Source: an uncultured beta proteobacterium (lineage in GTDB: Bacteria > Pseudomonadota > Gammaproteobacteria > Burkholderiales > JAEUMW01). Taken from it: a DNA stretch of 64,000 nucleotides. A program made the translations under genes and the position numbers. Positions 21,068-32,489 of this stretch are shown here, in pieces; within the stretch, counting starts at the first letter, position 1, and each line of letters begins with the position of its first letter. The stretch spans positions 314,000 to 377,999 of the forward strand of contig CAVRDD010000049.1 of NCBI GenBank assembly GCA_963719715.1, in the 5' to 3' direction. Under the pieces are notes generated by a model. That model ran no database searches. It was not told where the DNA came from and worked only from the letters and a program-made list of their open reading frames with translations.

Positions 21068-22492
21068 GTGACGGAGGCGCTGCGCACGCTGATTCTCTTC
21101 TTCTGCGTCTTCGCGCTGTCGGGATTGGCTCAGGCGGACGAAGCATTCCCGTTGCAGGAAGCGGCGAAGGCCGCAGGGTTGCCACCGGATGCGGTCGGCA
21201 TTTTCGTACAGGACCCGGGGAGCGGTCGGGTCGTGTACGCAGCGGGCGCCGATCGGGCGCTGAATCCCGCGTCGACGATGAAGCTGCTGACGACCTATGC
21301 CGCGCTCGATATGCTCGGTCCGGCCTTCAACTGGAAAACCGAAGTCTGGGCTGACGGTACGCTCCAGGGTGACGTGCTGAAGGGCAACCTGGTGGTGAGG
21401 GGCAGTGGAGATCCGAAGCTCACGCTGGAAAACCTCTGGCTGCTGCTGCGTGGCGTGCGCAACCGTGGGCTCAAGCATATTCGTGGCGACCTCGTTCTTG
21501 ACCGCCGCGCCTTCCAGGATGTGGAGGTGGATCCCGCCCGCTTCGACGGCGATCCGACGCGAGCCTACAACGTCGGCCCGGACGCGCTCCTCGTCAACTA
21601 CAAGGCAGTTCGGGTTCACCTGTTACCCGACCCCGGGTCACGCACGGTCAGCGTGATACTCGATCCGCCGCTTCCTAACGTGCAGGTGGAAAACCGGGTC
21701 ACCGGCGGCAGCGGACCTTGCGGTGACTGGCGCGCGCTCGTCGCGCCACATCTGCAGGACGACGGAACAACGGCGCGTCTCAGCTTCCGTGGTGCCTTCC
21801 CCTTGAGCTGCGGAGAGCGCAGCTTCTATCTCAGCGTGCTTGGCCACGGCCCATACGTGGGCGGCGTGTTCCGGTCCCTGTGGGAAGAACTTGGCGGTAC
21901 GCTGAGCGGCGTCGTCCGCGACGGCAACGCCGGCGGCGATGGCAAGCTTCTGTTTACCTGGGAATCCCCCAGCTTGGCGGAGGTGGTGCGGGACATCAAC
22001 AAGTACAGCAACAACGTCATGGCACGGCAGCTCTTTCTCACAGTGGGTGCACAGACGCTGGGGCCGCCCGCCACCCCGGAAAAGTCATCGCGTGCCATAC
22101 GGCAATGGCTCGATCAGAAGGAGCTTGCCTTTCCGGAGCTGGTGCTGGAGAACGGTTCTGGACTTTCGCGCGTCGAGCGCATCTCGGCGCGGCATTTGGG
22201 CGAAGTTCTGACGGCAGCCTACCGCAGCCCCGTCATGCCCGAGCTGATGGCTTCGCTGCCGCTGGCCGCGGTCGACGGCACGATGCGCAAACGGCTGCGA
22301 GGCGGTGGCATCGCCGGCCAAGCACACCTCAAGACCGGGTCGCTCGACGGCGTGAAGAGCGTCGCCGGCTATGTTCTCGATGCCCAGGGGCGCCGCATGG
22401 TCGTGGTCTGCATCGTCAACTACGCCGGGACGAATGTTGCTGCGGGTGTCCTGCAGGACGCGCTGCTGAGCTGGATCTATCAACGACCTTGA
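21068..22492 (+). CDS. dacB: D-alanyl-D-alanine carboxypeptidase/endopeptidase (PBP4, S13)
   Basis: PASTMKL (SxxK), SNN and KTG motifs. Confidence 0.93.
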   Translation: MTEALRTLILFFCVFALSGLAQADEAFPLQEAAKAAGLPPDAVGIFVQDPGSGRVVYAAGADRALNPASTMKLLTTYAALDMLGPAFNWKTEVWADGTLQGDVLKGNLVVRGSGDPKLTLENLWLLLRGVRNRGLKHIRGDLVLDRRAFQDVEVDPARFDGDPTRAYNVGPDALLVNYKAVRVHLLPDPGSRTVSVILDPPLPNVQVENRVTGGSGPCGDWRALVAPHLQDDGTTARLSFRGAFPLSCGERSFYLSVLGHGPYVGGVFRSLWEELGGTLSGVVRDGNAGGDGKLLFTWESPSLAEVVRDINKYSNNVMARQLFLTVGAQTLGPPATPEKSSRAIRQWLDQKELAFPELVLENGSGLSRVERISARHLGEVLTAAYRSPVMPELMASLPLAAVDGTMRKRLRGGGIAGQAHLKTGSLDGVKSVAGYVLDAQGRRMVVVCIVNYAGTNVAAGVLQDALLSWIYQRP

Positions 22493-22629
22493 GGGACTGC
22501 TCGGACACGCAAACTCCTTGGCCGGATTGTGGTCATATTGACGTCCGTCAAGCGCTGCAGTTTGCGGCCGGCTGCTGATGGAATATCATTTCGGTTGTGT
22601 GCAGACGTTTCGCAGTGAGCCCAAAGAAG

Positions 22630-23115
22630 ATGAACAAACTAAGGCTGGCCGCGCTGGTTGTTGCGGCAGTGGCTACCCTCCCGGTAACCGTGGTGGCGAG
22701 GGCTGACGATATCTCCGCCGATCCGTCGGCATGGGGCTCGTATCGGGGATTGCGCGTCTTCCCGGCGGGCAGTGAGTTCCGCCTGCCGCGCAGTGTGCCG
22801 GCGGAGGCCAAGAGCAATTTCACGGTCGATGCGGCAGGCGCCAACAACGAAGGCGGCATGCTCAGGTTCCATTATTCGCCGAGCTTCAAAGACCCCGCCA
22901 AGGAATCGAGTTTGAAGGCGAGTCAATCGGCAGCCAGCGGACGCAGCGGGTTTTCGTTCTATGGACAACTCGGGGATCCGCGCTTCGGCATGAAAGGTAT
23001 CGACAGCGTGGCGGGCCTCGCGCCCTCCGACCGGCCGGGTGGCTTCATCCTCGATCCGCAGCGGGACTTCCGCCGAAATCCGGGCGTCTCGCTCGGCGTC
23101 GGCTACGATTTCTGA
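22630..23115 (+). CDS. Hypothetical exported protein ending in an outer-membrane-like beta signal
   Basis: Signal peptide MNKLRLAALVVAAVA...ARA; C-terminus VSLGVGYDF; terminator at 23137-23162. Confidence 0.6.
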   Translation: MNKLRLAALVVAAVATLPVTVVARADDISADPSAWGSYRGLRVFPAGSEFRLPRSVPAEAKSNFTVDAAGANNEGGMLRFHYSPSFKDPAKESSLKASQSAASGRSGFSFYGQLGDPRFGMKGIDSVAGLAPSDRPGGFILDPQRDFRRNPGVSLGVGYDF

Positions 23116-23160
23116 GAAGTCCGGCTGGCCAGTTCGAAGGCCCGCTCCGGCGGGGCCTTT

Positions 23161-24639
23161 TCATTTCTGACCGGGATCCAGCCCCAGATCGCCCCAGATC
23201 GCATCGATCCGCGCCTTGACCCCATCGTCCATGCGGATCGGCGTTCCCCAATTCCGACTGGTCTCGCCCGGCCATTTGTTGGTCGCGTCGATGCCCATCT
23301 TCGAGCCCAGACCGGAGACGGGGCTGGCGAAATCCAGGTAGTCGATCGGCGTGTTCTCCACCAGCAGGGTATCCCGCGCTGGGTCGACGCGGGTGGTCAG
23401 CGCCCAGATCACCTCCTTCCAGTCGCGAACGTCCACGTCGTCATCGACGACGATGATGAATTTCGTATACATGAACTGCCGGAGGTAGGACCACACCCCG
23501 AACATAACCCGCTTGGCGTGTCCGGGATATTGCTTTTTCATGCTGACCACCGCGAGCCGATACGAGCAACCCTCGGGCGGCAGATAGAAGTCGCTGATCT
23601 CCGTGAATTGCTTTTGCAGCAGGGGGACGAAGACCTCGTTTAACGCGACACCCAGCATGGCCGGCTCGTCGGGCGGTTTGCCCGTGTAGGTGCTGTGATA
23701 GATCGCGTCCCGCCGCATCGTGATCCGCGTCAGCGAGAACACCGGAAACCGCTCCTGTTCGTTGTAGTAGCCCGTATGATCGCCAAACGGTCCTTCGAGG
23801 GCAGTGTCATCCGGCCGGATCTCACCTTCAAGGACAATTTCGCTCGACGCGGGCACCTGCAGGTCCGACCCGATGCATTTCACGAGTTCGGTCTTGGATC
23901 CACGCAGGAGCCCGGCAAACTGATATTCCGAGAGCGTGTCGGGCACCGGCGTGACCGCGCCCAGTATCGTTGCCGGGTCGGCACCCAGCGCGACTGCAAT
24001 AGGGAAGGGTTCACCGGGATGGGCCAGGCAATGGTCACGGAAGTCCAGCGCGCCGCCGCGATGGGCGAGCCAGCGCATGATGACCCGGTTCGGGCCGATC
24101 ACCTGCTGGCGGTAGATGCCGAGATTCTGCCGCGGCTTGTGCGGCCCGCGCGTGACCACCAGTCCCCAGGTGATGAGCCGTCCAGCGTCCCCGGGCCAGC
24201 AGGTCTGGATCGGCAGCCGGCCGAGATCCACCTCGCCGCCCTCCCAGACCACCTCCTGGCAAGGTGCGCGGCTGACTTCCTTCGGCGCCATGTTGAGCAC
24301 CTGCTTCAGCACCGGGAGCTTGTCCCAGGCATCCTTCATCCCTTTCGGCGGCTCCGGCTCCTTGAGGTAGGCGAGCAGCTTGCCCACTTCACGCAGCGCT
24401 TCCACGGATTCCGCGCCCATGCCAAAGGCGACGCGACGTGCGGCGCCGAAAAGGTTGCCGAGCACGGGGATCGTGTGTCCCTTCGGACGCTCGAAGAGGA
24501 TCGCGGGTCCACCTGCGCGCAGCACGCGATCGCAGATCTCCGTCATCTCCAGGTACGGGTCGACCTCGACGGCGATGCGTTTCAGCTCGCCCCGGCGCTC
24601 AAGCTGCTCGATGAAGTCACGGAGGTCGTGGTAGCGCAT
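23161..24639 (-). CDS. ubiD: 4-hydroxy-3-polyprenylbenzoate decarboxylase
   Basis: [20 protein letters not shown] and [10 protein letters not shown]. Confidence 0.97.
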   Translation of the reverse strand: MRYHDLRDFIEQLERRGELKRIAVEVDPYLEMTEICDRVLRAGGPAILFERPKGHTIPVLGNLFGAARRVAFGMGAESVEALREVGKLLAYLKEPEPPKGMKDAWDKLPVLKQVLNMAPKEVSRAPCQEVVWEGGEVDLGRLPIQTCWPGDAGRLITWGLVVTRGPHKPRQNLGIYRQQVIGPNRVIMRWLAHRGGALDFRDHCLAHPGEPFPIAVALGADPATILGAVTPVPDTLSEYQFAGLLRGSKTELVKCIGSDLQVPASSEIVLEGEIRPDDTALEGPFGDHTGYYNEQERFPVFSLTRITMRRDAIYHSTYTGKPPDEPAMLGVALNEVFVPLLQKQFTEISDFYLPPEGCSYRLAVVSMKKQYPGHAKRVMFGVWSYLRQFMYTKFIIVVDDDVDVRDWKEVIWALTTRVDPARDTLLVENTPIDYLDFASPVSGLGSKMGIDATNKWPGETSRNWGTPIRMDDGVKARIDAIWGDLGLDPGQK

Positions 24640-24653
24640 GCCAGTGTGCCTTG

Positions 24654-25520
24654 TCAGTCACGCACCAGGTAGTCGAGGGCAATGCCAGCGAACACCGCGG
24701 CGCCCACCCAGTTGTTGTGCAGGAACGCCTTGAAGCAGCGCAAGGGGTCGCGTTCATGGATCAGGCGATATTGATAGGCGGCGAGAGCGCCAGCGACGGC
24801 AAGCCCGCCGAACCAGAGGGCGCCGCGGCCGAGCGATGCGCCCACTGCAGCGAGCAGGCCGAGAAAGAGCGCGTGCGAGGCCATGATCGCCGCCACGTCG
24901 AAACGGCCGAACGTGATCGCCGCGGTCCTGATGCCGATCCTGAGATCGTCCTCGCGGTCGACCATGGCGTACTCGGTGTCGTAGGCGATCGACCAGAACA
25001 CGTTGGCGACGAGCAGCACCCACGCCAGCGCTGGCACCGTTCCGGTCAGCGCAGCGAATGCCATCGGGATGCCAAAGCCGAAGGCGATGCCGAGATACGC
25101 CTGCGGCAGCGGAAAGAATCGCTTCGTGAACGGATAGGAAACCGCCAGCAACGCGGCCACGAGGGACAGTGTGATGACGAGAGGACCAAACGGCAGGATC
25201 AGCAGGAAGGCGACGAGCGCAAGCGCGGCCGCCAGGGCCAGCGCTTCGCGCGTCGAGATCTTTCCTGCTGCCAAGGGACGGTTCTGCGTGCGTGCGACGT
25301 GCGGGTCGAAATCGCGATCGGCGAAATCGTTCACAGCGCACCCTGCCGAGCGCATGAGGACGGTGCCGACGATGAAGATGAGGACGGTCACAGCGTGCGG
25401 CCGCCCTTCCCCGGCGATCCACAACCCCCACAGTGTGGGCCAGAGCAGCAGGAGGATGCCGATCGGGCGGTCCAGCCGCAGCAGCCGCTGGTAGTGGCCG
25501 AGGCGCTCGCCAAGTGTCAC
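24654..25520 (-). CDS. ubiA: 4-hydroxybenzoate polyprenyltransferase
   Basis: [16 protein letters not shown] and [13 protein letters not shown]; GTG start overlaps the ubiC stop. Confidence 0.95.
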   Translation of the reverse strand: MTLGERLGHYQRLLRLDRPIGILLLLWPTLWGLWIAGEGRPHAVTVLIFIVGTVLMRSAGCAVNDFADRDFDPHVARTQNRPLAAGKISTREALALAAALALVAFLLILPFGPLVITLSLVAALLAVSYPFTKRFFPLPQAYLGIAFGFGIPMAFAALTGTVPALAWVLLVANVFWSIAYDTEYAMVDREDDLRIGIRTAAITFGRFDVAAIMASHALFLGLLAAVGASLGRGALWFGGLAVAGALAAYQYRLIHERDPLRCFKAFLHNNWVGAAVFAGIALDYLVRD

Positions 25521-26062
25521 CGCGGCAACTCCAGAATCGGCGGCAGAAACACCTCGGTCACCATCAGCGGAACACCCTCGCGCAGGAAAATCGAGCGCCG
25601 TGCCCACAATGCCCTGGGCGGTCGCTCCAGAAGAGCCGTCGCGCGACGATACAGGGGATGGTGGCGCGCGATGGCGCGAAACGCGAGCGGCGTGCGCTCG
25701 ATGCGTGGATCAGCGAACAAAGCCGCTCCGAGCGGTCTCGCGCCGAGGCCGCCGACCCAGCGCCACGGGCCCAGCAGGCCGCCGCAGCGTACGACACTGT
25801 GCGCGAAGACGACCGGCGTGTCGGCACAGCACAGGAAAACCTCCCGCGTCGTCAGCCATTCGCCGGGCCGCGCGCGAAGCACCGGTCGCTCGTCGATCAC
25901 GCTCGGGCGCAGCGCCTGACGCACCGGCTGCACGCGGAACGCCGCGCAGCGTTCCTGCAGCCGGAGGGTGAGCGATCCGCGGTCCACCAGCCAGGGGCGG
26001 TAGCGGTCGACACGGGGCGGGACGTGAGGCAACCATCCGACGAGTGCAGCGGGATTGTTCAA
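25517..26062 (-). CDS. ubiC: Chorismate lyase
   Basis: GSLTLRL, REVFL, PLGAALF, WARRS and VTEVFLP. Confidence 0.9.
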   Translation of the reverse strand: MNNPAALVGWLPHVPPRVDRYRPWLVDRGSLTLRLQERCAAFRVQPVRQALRPSVIDERPVLRARPGEWLTTREVFLCCADTPVVFAHSVVRCGGLLGPWRWVGGLGARPLGAALFADPRIERTPLAFRAIARHHPLYRRATALLERPPRALWARRSIFLREGVPLMVTEVFLPPILELPR

Positions 26063-26151
26063 AGGGGGGCGGGGGAAAAGTCTCGATTATGCCAAAACCT
26101 CTCGAGGGCGCCCGTCGGGCGAGCAGATCGCGATCTGCGGCGCACCCCGTC

Positions 26152-28314
26152 TCACGCCTTCAGGTAGTCGTGGCGCCCCGGAAACCAGCGCTCGAGATGG
26201 CGCTGGGCCGCCTGCGGGTGATGCTGCAGCAACTCCGTGGCGACATTGCGCGCCAGATCGATGAGATCGGCATCGGCGTCGAGGTCGGCGAAGCGCAGCA
26301 GCGGCACACCGCTCTGACGGGCGCCGAGGAACTCGCCGGGTCCGCGCAGCGCGAGATCGCGTCGCGCAATCTCGAAGCCGTCGCGCTGTTCGTAGATGAT
26401 CTTCATGCGCTCCCGCGCCAGCGCCGACAATGGCGGCTGGTAGAGCAGGATGCACACGCCGGCAGCCGCGCCGCGGCCGACGCGTCCGCGCAACTGATGC
26501 AGCTGGGCGAGGCCCATGCGCTCCGCGTGCTCGATGACCATAAGCGTTGCATTCGGCACGTCGACTCCGACCTCGATGACCGTCGTCGCGACCAGGAGTT
26601 GAAGCGCGTTGCGCTGGAACGCATCCATCACGGCGGCCTTCTCCGCTGGCGGCAGCCGGCCGTGCACGAGGCCGGCGCGGAGCTCGGGGAACGTCTGCTG
26701 CACCCACTCGAAGGTTTCCAGCGCGGTCTTGAGCTCCAGCGCTTCCGATTGCTCGATCAGCGGGCATACCCAATACGCCTGGCCGCCGGCGACGCAGGCA
26801 TCGCGCACGCGGGCGATGACGGCGTCGCGCTTGCGCTCGTCAACGAGCTTGGTCACCACCGGCGTTCGCCCGGGTGGCAGTTCGTCGATCACCGACACGT
26901 CGAGGTCGGCGTGGTAGCTCATCGCCAGCGTGCGCGGGATCGGCGTCGCGCTCATCATGAGCTGGTGCGGCTGGATGCCCGCGCCCTGCTCTCCTTTCCT
27001 GCGCAGGTCGAGGCGCTGCTGCACGCCGAACCGGTGCTGTTCGTCGACGACGGCGAGCCCCAGGTTGGCGAAGGTCACGGCGTTCTGGAAGAGGGCGTGG
27101 GTGCCGACAGCGACGGCGCACGCGCCGCTTTCGATCGCGGCAATGGCAGCGCGCCGCGCAGTCGCCTTGAGGCTGCCGGTGAGCCACGCGATGTTGATCC
27201 CCAGCGGTGACAGCCATTCGGCGAACTTGCGGTGATGCTGTTCGGCGAGGATTTCTGTCGGCGCCATCACCGCCACCTGACAGCCGTTTTCGATCGCCTG
27301 CAGCGCGGCGATGGCGGCGACGATGGTCTTGCCGCTGCCCACATCGCCTTGCAGCAGGCGCTGCATCGGCAGCGGGCGTGCGAGATCCCGTGCGACATCG
27401 TCGACAGCGCGGCGTTGCGCGCCGGTAAGCGCGAACGGCAGCGCGGCGATCAGCTTGGCCGCCAGCTGGCCACGTGGCGGCAGTGGCGGTGCGCGCATCT
27501 GTTCGCGCTGCAGGCGGGCGCGCCGCAGCGAGAGCTGCTGTGCCAGCAGTTCGTCGAACTTGATGCGCCGCCAGGCCGGATGGCTGCGCGCCTCGAGGCT
27601 GGCTGGCGCGGTCGCCGGCGGCGGGGCGTGCAGAAGCCGCACGGCGCTATCGAAGGGCATCATCGCGAGTTGCCCGCGCAGCGCCTCCGCCAACGTGTCC
27701 GAAAGATCGCAGCGTGTGAGGCTTTCCCTCACCAGGCGACGCAGCGCCTCCTGCGAGATACCTGCGGCGGCTGGGTAGACGGGCGTCAGGCCGGGCGCTA
27801 GCGGCGTGTCTACCGCCACGATGCGACAGCGTGGATGGATCATCTCCGCGCCGAAGAATCCGGGACGGATCTCACCGAAGCAGCGCACGCGGGCGCCCAC
27901 CGCCAACTGCTTCACCTGGCTCGGATAGAAGTTGAGAAACCGCAGCCAGACCCCGCCGCTTGCATCCTGCACACGCGAGAGAAGCTGGCGGCGCGGGCGG
28001 TAGGCAATCTCGGTGGTGATGATCTCCCCTTCCACCAGCACGGGACCCCCCTCACGCGCACGGCCGATTGGCTGGATCTGGGTCTCGTCCTCATAGCGCA
28101 GCGGCAGGTGCAGCAGGGCGTCGTCGAGGGAGCGGATGCCGATCTCTAGCAAGCGGGTGCGCAACGCCGGCGCGACGCCTGGCAGCGCATCGATTGTCCC
28201 CGGTGACTCGGGTGTCGCGGTCTGGGGCGTGGCGGCTGCGGGACGGCGCCGCTTGGGCGGCTTGGCGCGCACAGCGCGCCCGGCACTCTGCGGAGGGGTC
28301 ATGGGCTCCTGCAT
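26152..28314 (-). CDS. recG: ATP-dependent DNA helicase RecG
   Basis: LPLRYED, QGDVGSGKT, DEQHRFG and QLHQLRGRVGRG. Real start near 28302-28314, not 29949. Confidence 0.96.
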   Translation of the reverse strand: MQEPMTPPQSAGRAVRAKPPKRRRPAAATPQTATPESPGTIDALPGVAPALRTRLLEIGIRSLDDALLHLPLRYEDETQIQPIGRAREGGPVLVEGEIITTEIAYRPRRQLLSRVQDASGGVWLRFLNFYPSQVKQLAVGARVRCFGEIRPGFFGAEMIHPRCRIVAVDTPLAPGLTPVYPAAAGISQEALRRLVRESLTRCDLSDTLAEALRGQLAMMPFDSAVRLLHAPPPATAPASLEARSHPAWRRIKFDELLAQQLSLRRARLQREQMRAPPLPPRGQLAAKLIAALPFALTGAQRRAVDDVARDLARPLPMQRLLQGDVGSGKTIVAAIAALQAIENGCQVAVMAPTEILAEQHHRKFAEWLSPLGINIAWLTGSLKATARRAAIAAIESGACAVAVGTHALFQNAVTFANLGLAVVDEQHRFGVQQRLDLRRKGEQGAGIQPHQLMMSATPIPRTLAMSYHADLDVSVIDELPPGRTPVVTKLVDERKRDAVIARVRDACVAGGQAYWVCPLIEQSEALELKTALETFEWVQQTFPELRAGLVHGRLPPAEKAAVMDAFQRNALQLLVATTVIEVGVDVPNATLMVIEHAERMGLAQLHQLRGRVGRGAAAGVCILLYQPPLSALARERMKIIYEQRDGFEIARRDLALRGPGEFLGARQSGVPLLRFADLDADADLIDLARNVATELLQHHPQAAQRHLERWFPGRHDYLKA

Positions 28315-28443
28315 GGTATGCGCAACGATCGCAGCGGGACAACTTGCGGGCGCGGCATTGCTCGCCAAGTCAGTGCTATCATCCGCCGCACACTCGCTTG
28401 TCCCCCTGTAGATCCCCACGCCGACCCTCGACTGTCCCGGACG

Positions 28444-30351
28444 ATGCACGCCGCTGCGAATCAGGACGACGCGACGAACTCTCCCGATCGTCCCCGACAG
28501 GCGCTCGCCACGCTCATGCTGGGCGCGATGGGTGTGGTCTACGGCGACATCGGTACGAGCCCGCTCTACACGCTGAGGGAAGCCTTCACTGGCCACCACA
28601 GCGTACAGGTGACGCACGACAACGTGCTCGGCATCCTCTCTCTCGTCTTCTGGTCGTTGATGATCATCGTTACGCTCAAGTACGTGACGATCATCATGCG
28701 CGCCGACAACCGCGGCGAGGGCGGCATCATGGCACTCACGGCGCTCGTCCTGCGCGCGACGCAGGACCCAAAGCGCCGCTGGGTCCTGATGGTGCTCGGT
28801 CTCTTCGGGGCAGCGCTGTTCTACGGTGACAGCATGATCACCCCGGCAATTTCCGTACTCTCCGCGGTCGAGGGACTGGAAGTCGCCACGCCGGCATTCA
28901 AGCGCTACGTGGTACCGGTCGCCATTGCCGTGCTGATCGGGCTTTTCGCCGTGCAGCGCCACGGCACGGCGCGTGTCGGCGCCCTGTTCGGGCCGGTCAT
29001 GCTGATCTGGTTCTCGACCCTGGGATTGCTCGGCATCTGGAATATCCTGCGCTACCCCGAGGTGCTGGAGGCGGTCAATCCCCTGTATGCGGTCCAGTTC
29101 TTCACGTTCAACGGCTGGCTCGGCTACTTCGCGCTGGGCTCCGTCGTGCTCGCGGTGACCGGCGCCGAGGCGCTCTACGCGGACATGGGCCACTTCGGCC
29201 GCGACCCGATCCGCTATGCCTGGATTTCGTTCGTGCTGCCGGCCCTGCTGCTCAACTATTTCGGGCAGGGCGCCCTGATCCTCAACGACCCGACCGCCGT
29301 GCGCAACCCGTTCTATCTCCAGGTGCCTACGGTGGCGTTGTGGCCCTTGCTTGTGCTCGCCACCGCCGCCACCGTGATCGCGTCGCAGGCCGTCATCACG
29401 GGCGCATATTCGCTGACGCGACAGGCGATCCAGCTCGGCTACTGTCCACGCATGAATGTGATGCAGACCTCCGAGCACGAGATCGGGCAGATCTATCTGC
29501 CTTGGATCAACTGGATGCTGCTTGCGGCAATCGTCGCGCTGGTTCTCGGTTTCGGCTCGTCGAGCAATCTGGCTGCGGCTTACGGCATCGCGGTCACCGC
29601 GACGATGGCGATCGACTCGATCCTGGCCTTCGTGGTGATGCGCTTCCTGTGGGGCTGGCACATCGCGCTGGCGCTGCCACTCGCAGCCGGGTTCCTGTTC
29701 ATCGACATCGTCTACTTCACGTCGAACGCCATCAAGATCGTGGAAGGCGGATGGTTCCCGGTGCTCGTCGGAATCGCCGTCTTCATCCTGCTCGCGACGT
29801 GGCACAAGGGTCGCCAGATCCTCTTCGATCGCACGCGTCCGGGCGCCATTCCGCTGGAGCCCTTCATCCAGAGCATCGCCGTCCACCCGCCGACGCGCGT
29901 GCCGGGCACCGCCGTGTTCCTCACCACCAGCCAGGAAGGCGTCCCGCATGCGCTGCTACACAACCTGAACCACAACAAGGTGCTGCACGAGCGCATCGTG
30001 CTCCTCACCGTCACGACCGAGGAGGTGCCGCGCGTGTCCGACGCCGATCGGGTGGAGATCGAGCCCAAGGAGTCCGGGTTCTGTCGCGTGAAAGTCCGCT
30101 ACGGCTTCAAGGATGAACCCGATATTCCGTACGCACTGACGCTCGCCTCTGCTCAGGGGTTCAAGTTCGAGCCGATGGAGACCTCATACTTCCTGAGCCG
30201 GGAGACGCTGATTCCGACCGTCGCACCCGGCATGGCGCACTGGCGCGAGAAACTCTTCGTCACGATGGCGCGCAACTCCGCCAGCGCCACTGCGTATTTC
30301 AAGCTGCCTACCAATCGCGTCGTCGAGCTCGGCACGCAGATCGAAATCTGA
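28444..30351 (+). CDS. kup: Kup/HAK potassium uptake protein
   Basis: [30 protein letters not shown] and [10 protein letters not shown]. Confidence 0.96.
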   Translation: MHAAANQDDATNSPDRPRQALATLMLGAMGVVYGDIGTSPLYTLREAFTGHHSVQVTHDNVLGILSLVFWSLMIIVTLKYVTIIMRADNRGEGGIMALTALVLRATQDPKRRWVLMVLGLFGAALFYGDSMITPAISVLSAVEGLEVATPAFKRYVVPVAIAVLIGLFAVQRHGTARVGALFGPVMLIWFSTLGLLGIWNILRYPEVLEAVNPLYAVQFFTFNGWLGYFALGSVVLAVTGAEALYADMGHFGRDPIRYAWISFVLPALLLNYFGQGALILNDPTAVRNPFYLQVPTVALWPLLVLATAATVIASQAVITGAYSLTRQAIQLGYCPRMNVMQTSEHEIGQIYLPWINWMLLAAIVALVLGFGSSSNLAAAYGIAVTATMAIDSILAFVVMRFLWGWHIALALPLAAGFLFIDIVYFTSNAIKIVEGGWFPVLVGIAVFILLATWHKGRQILFDRTRPGAIPLEPFIQSIAVHPPTRVPGTAVFLTTSQEGVPHALLHNLNHNKVLHERIVLLTVTTEEVPRVSDADRVEIEPKESGFCRVKVRYGFKDEPDIPYALTLASAQGFKFEPMETSYFLSRETLIPTVAPGMAHWREKLFVTMARNSASATAYFKLPTNRVVELGTQIEI

Positions 30352-30380
30352 CGCTCGCCAGAGCGAGCCGCCCCTACCCC

Positions 30381-30400
30381 ATCTTTACGCGGTCTTTACA
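30381..30400 (+). promoter_or_regulatory. Putative KdpE-binding site
   Basis: TCTTTACGCGG-TCTTTACA direct repeat with 11 bp period upstream of kdpF; resembles the TTTA..TTTACA KdpE box. Confidence 0.6.
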
Positions 30401-30484
30401 CCGGCACCGCGAACATTTGCATTGCCTTCACGTGCTCCTGCATAGACTGCGGGAAAACCTCTCGTTGAGGTGCGGAGCACATTC

Positions 30485-30577
30485 ATGGACGTCTTCTTTC
30501 TGCTGGTCACGCTCGTCTTCTTCGCTGCGAGCGCGGGTCTTGTTCACGGCTGCGAACGCCTGCGGCAGCCGTCATGA
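30485..30577 (+). CDS. 30 aa membrane peptide upstream of kdpF
   Basis: [30 protein letters not shown]; GGAG RBS; ATGA overlap with kdpF. Confidence 0.7.
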   Translation: MDVFFLLVTLVFFAASAGLVHGCERLRQPS

Positions 30578-30663
30578 ACTGGATCTACATTCTGAGCGGT
30601 GTCGTCGTGCTGGCGATCTTTGTCTACCTGTTCATCGCCCTGCTGTTTCCGGAGAAATTCTGA
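30574..30663 (+). CDS. kdpF: K+-transporting ATPase subunit F
   Basis: [29 protein letters not shown]; stop overlaps the kdpA ATG. Confidence 0.9.
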   Translation: MNWIYILSGVVVLAIFVYLFIALLFPEKF

Positions 30664-32469
30664 TGAGCGCCAACGGGCTTCTTCAACTCGCCCTGTACAT
30701 CGGCGTGCTCATCGCGCTGGCCAGGCCTCTGGGTGCTTACATGGCGAACGTCTACGAAGGCAGGTCGTTTGTGACCCGTGTAGGTGCGCCTTTCGAGCGA
30801 TTGCTCTACCGCCTGTGCGGGGTCGACGCCGGGAAGGAAATGCGCTGGACGCAATACGCGCTCGCGCTGCTCATGTTCAACCTGCTCGGCATGCTGCTGG
30901 TGTATGCGCTGCAGCGCCTGCAGTCGAGCCTGCCGTTCAATCCGCAGGGATTCGGCGCGGTCTCCGTGGATTCGGCGTTCAACACTGCGGTGAGTTTCGC
31001 GAGCAACACCAACTGGCAGGGGTACGGCGGCGAATCCACGATGAGCTATCTCACGCAGATGCTCGCGCTCACCGTGCAGAACTTTCTGTCTGCCGCGACC
31101 GGAATGGCCGTGCTTGTCGCCCTGATTCGAGGTCTGGCGCGTCATTCTGCGCAGACCATCGGCAACTTCTGGGTGGACATGACGCGTAGCGTCCTCTACA
31201 TCCTGCTGCCGCTGGCGCTCGTGCTCGCAGTGGTCCTCGTGAGCCAGGGTGTGGTGCAAACGCTCGCGCCTTACCCCACGGTAAAGCTGGTCGAGTCGGT
31301 CGAGTACGACGCCCCGAAACTGGGTGCGGAAGGACAAGCCATCAAGGATGCTCAGGGCAATCCCGTCACCGAAAAGGCGGTGCAGACCGAGCAGACCATC
31401 GCCGTGGGCCCGGCCGCGTCGCAGATTGCAATCAAGCAACTCGGCACGAATGGCGGCGGCTTCTTCAATGCCAACTCGGCGCACCCGTTCGAGAACCCGA
31501 CGCCGCTTGCGAACTTTCTCGAACTGCTCGCCATCCTCCTCATCCCCGCGGCGCTCTGCTACACGTTCGGCCGCATGGTCGGTGACACGCGCCAGGGATG
31601 GGCCATTCTCGCCGCGATGACGATCGTCTTCGTGGTGCTGCTCGCCGTGTGCGTGCGCGCCGAGCAGGCCGGCAACCCGCTACTCCCCGCCCTTGGTGTG
31701 GATCAGACCGCGAGCGTCCTGCAACCGGGCGGCAACATGGAGGGCAAGGAGGCGCGCTTCGGCATCGTCAACTCGGCGCTGTGGGCGACCGCTACGACCG
31801 CGGCATCCAACGGGTCGGTCAACTCGATGCATGATTCCTACACGCCGCTGGGCGGGCTCGTGCCGATGTGGCTGATGCAGCTTGGCGAAGTGATCTTCGG
31901 CGGTGTCGGCTCCGGGCTCTACGGCATGATCGTGTTCGCGATCGTTGCCGTGTTCGTCGCCGGTCTCATGATCGGCCGCACACCGGAGTATCTCGGCAAG
32001 AAGATCGAAGCCTTCGAGATCAAGATGTCCGCGATCGTGGTGCTGGTACCGCTCTTCGCCGCGCTCGGCGGCACGGCGATCGCCGTCATGACGGATGCAG
32101 GCCGCGTCGCCGTCGCCAATCCCGGCGCGCACGCCTTCAGTGAGATCCTCTACGCGTTCTCGTCCGCCAGCAACAACAACGGCAGCGCGTTCGCCGGGCT
32201 CTCGGCGAACACGCCCTTCTACAACGCCGCGCTCGGCGCTTGCGATGCTGCTCGCGCGCTACTGGCTCGCGATCCCGACGCTCGCGCTTGCGGGCAGTCT
32301 CGCCGCGAAAAAGAAGGTACCGGTCGGAGCCGGCACATTGGCCACGCACACGCCGCTCTTCGTCGTCTTCCTCGTGAGTGTCGTCGTGATCGTCGGCGCG
32401 CTCACCTTCATCCCGGCGCTCGCGCTCGGGCCGATCGTCGAACATCTGATGCTCCACGGGGCCAGGTGA
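30663..32469 (+). CDS. kdpA: K+-transporting ATPase subunit A (single-base frameshift near 32240, probably a sequencing error)
   Basis: [17 protein letters not shown] and NNNGSAFAG; the C-terminal [16 protein letters not shown] lies in another frame ending at 32469. Confidence 0.93.
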
Positions 32470-32489
32470 AGCGTACCGGACTCCTGACC

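Noticed and set aside
26152-29949. 1265 aa RecG with a giant N-terminal extension
   Set aside because: The extension is the antisense shadow of kup in GC-rich DNA; RecG homology starts near 28200.
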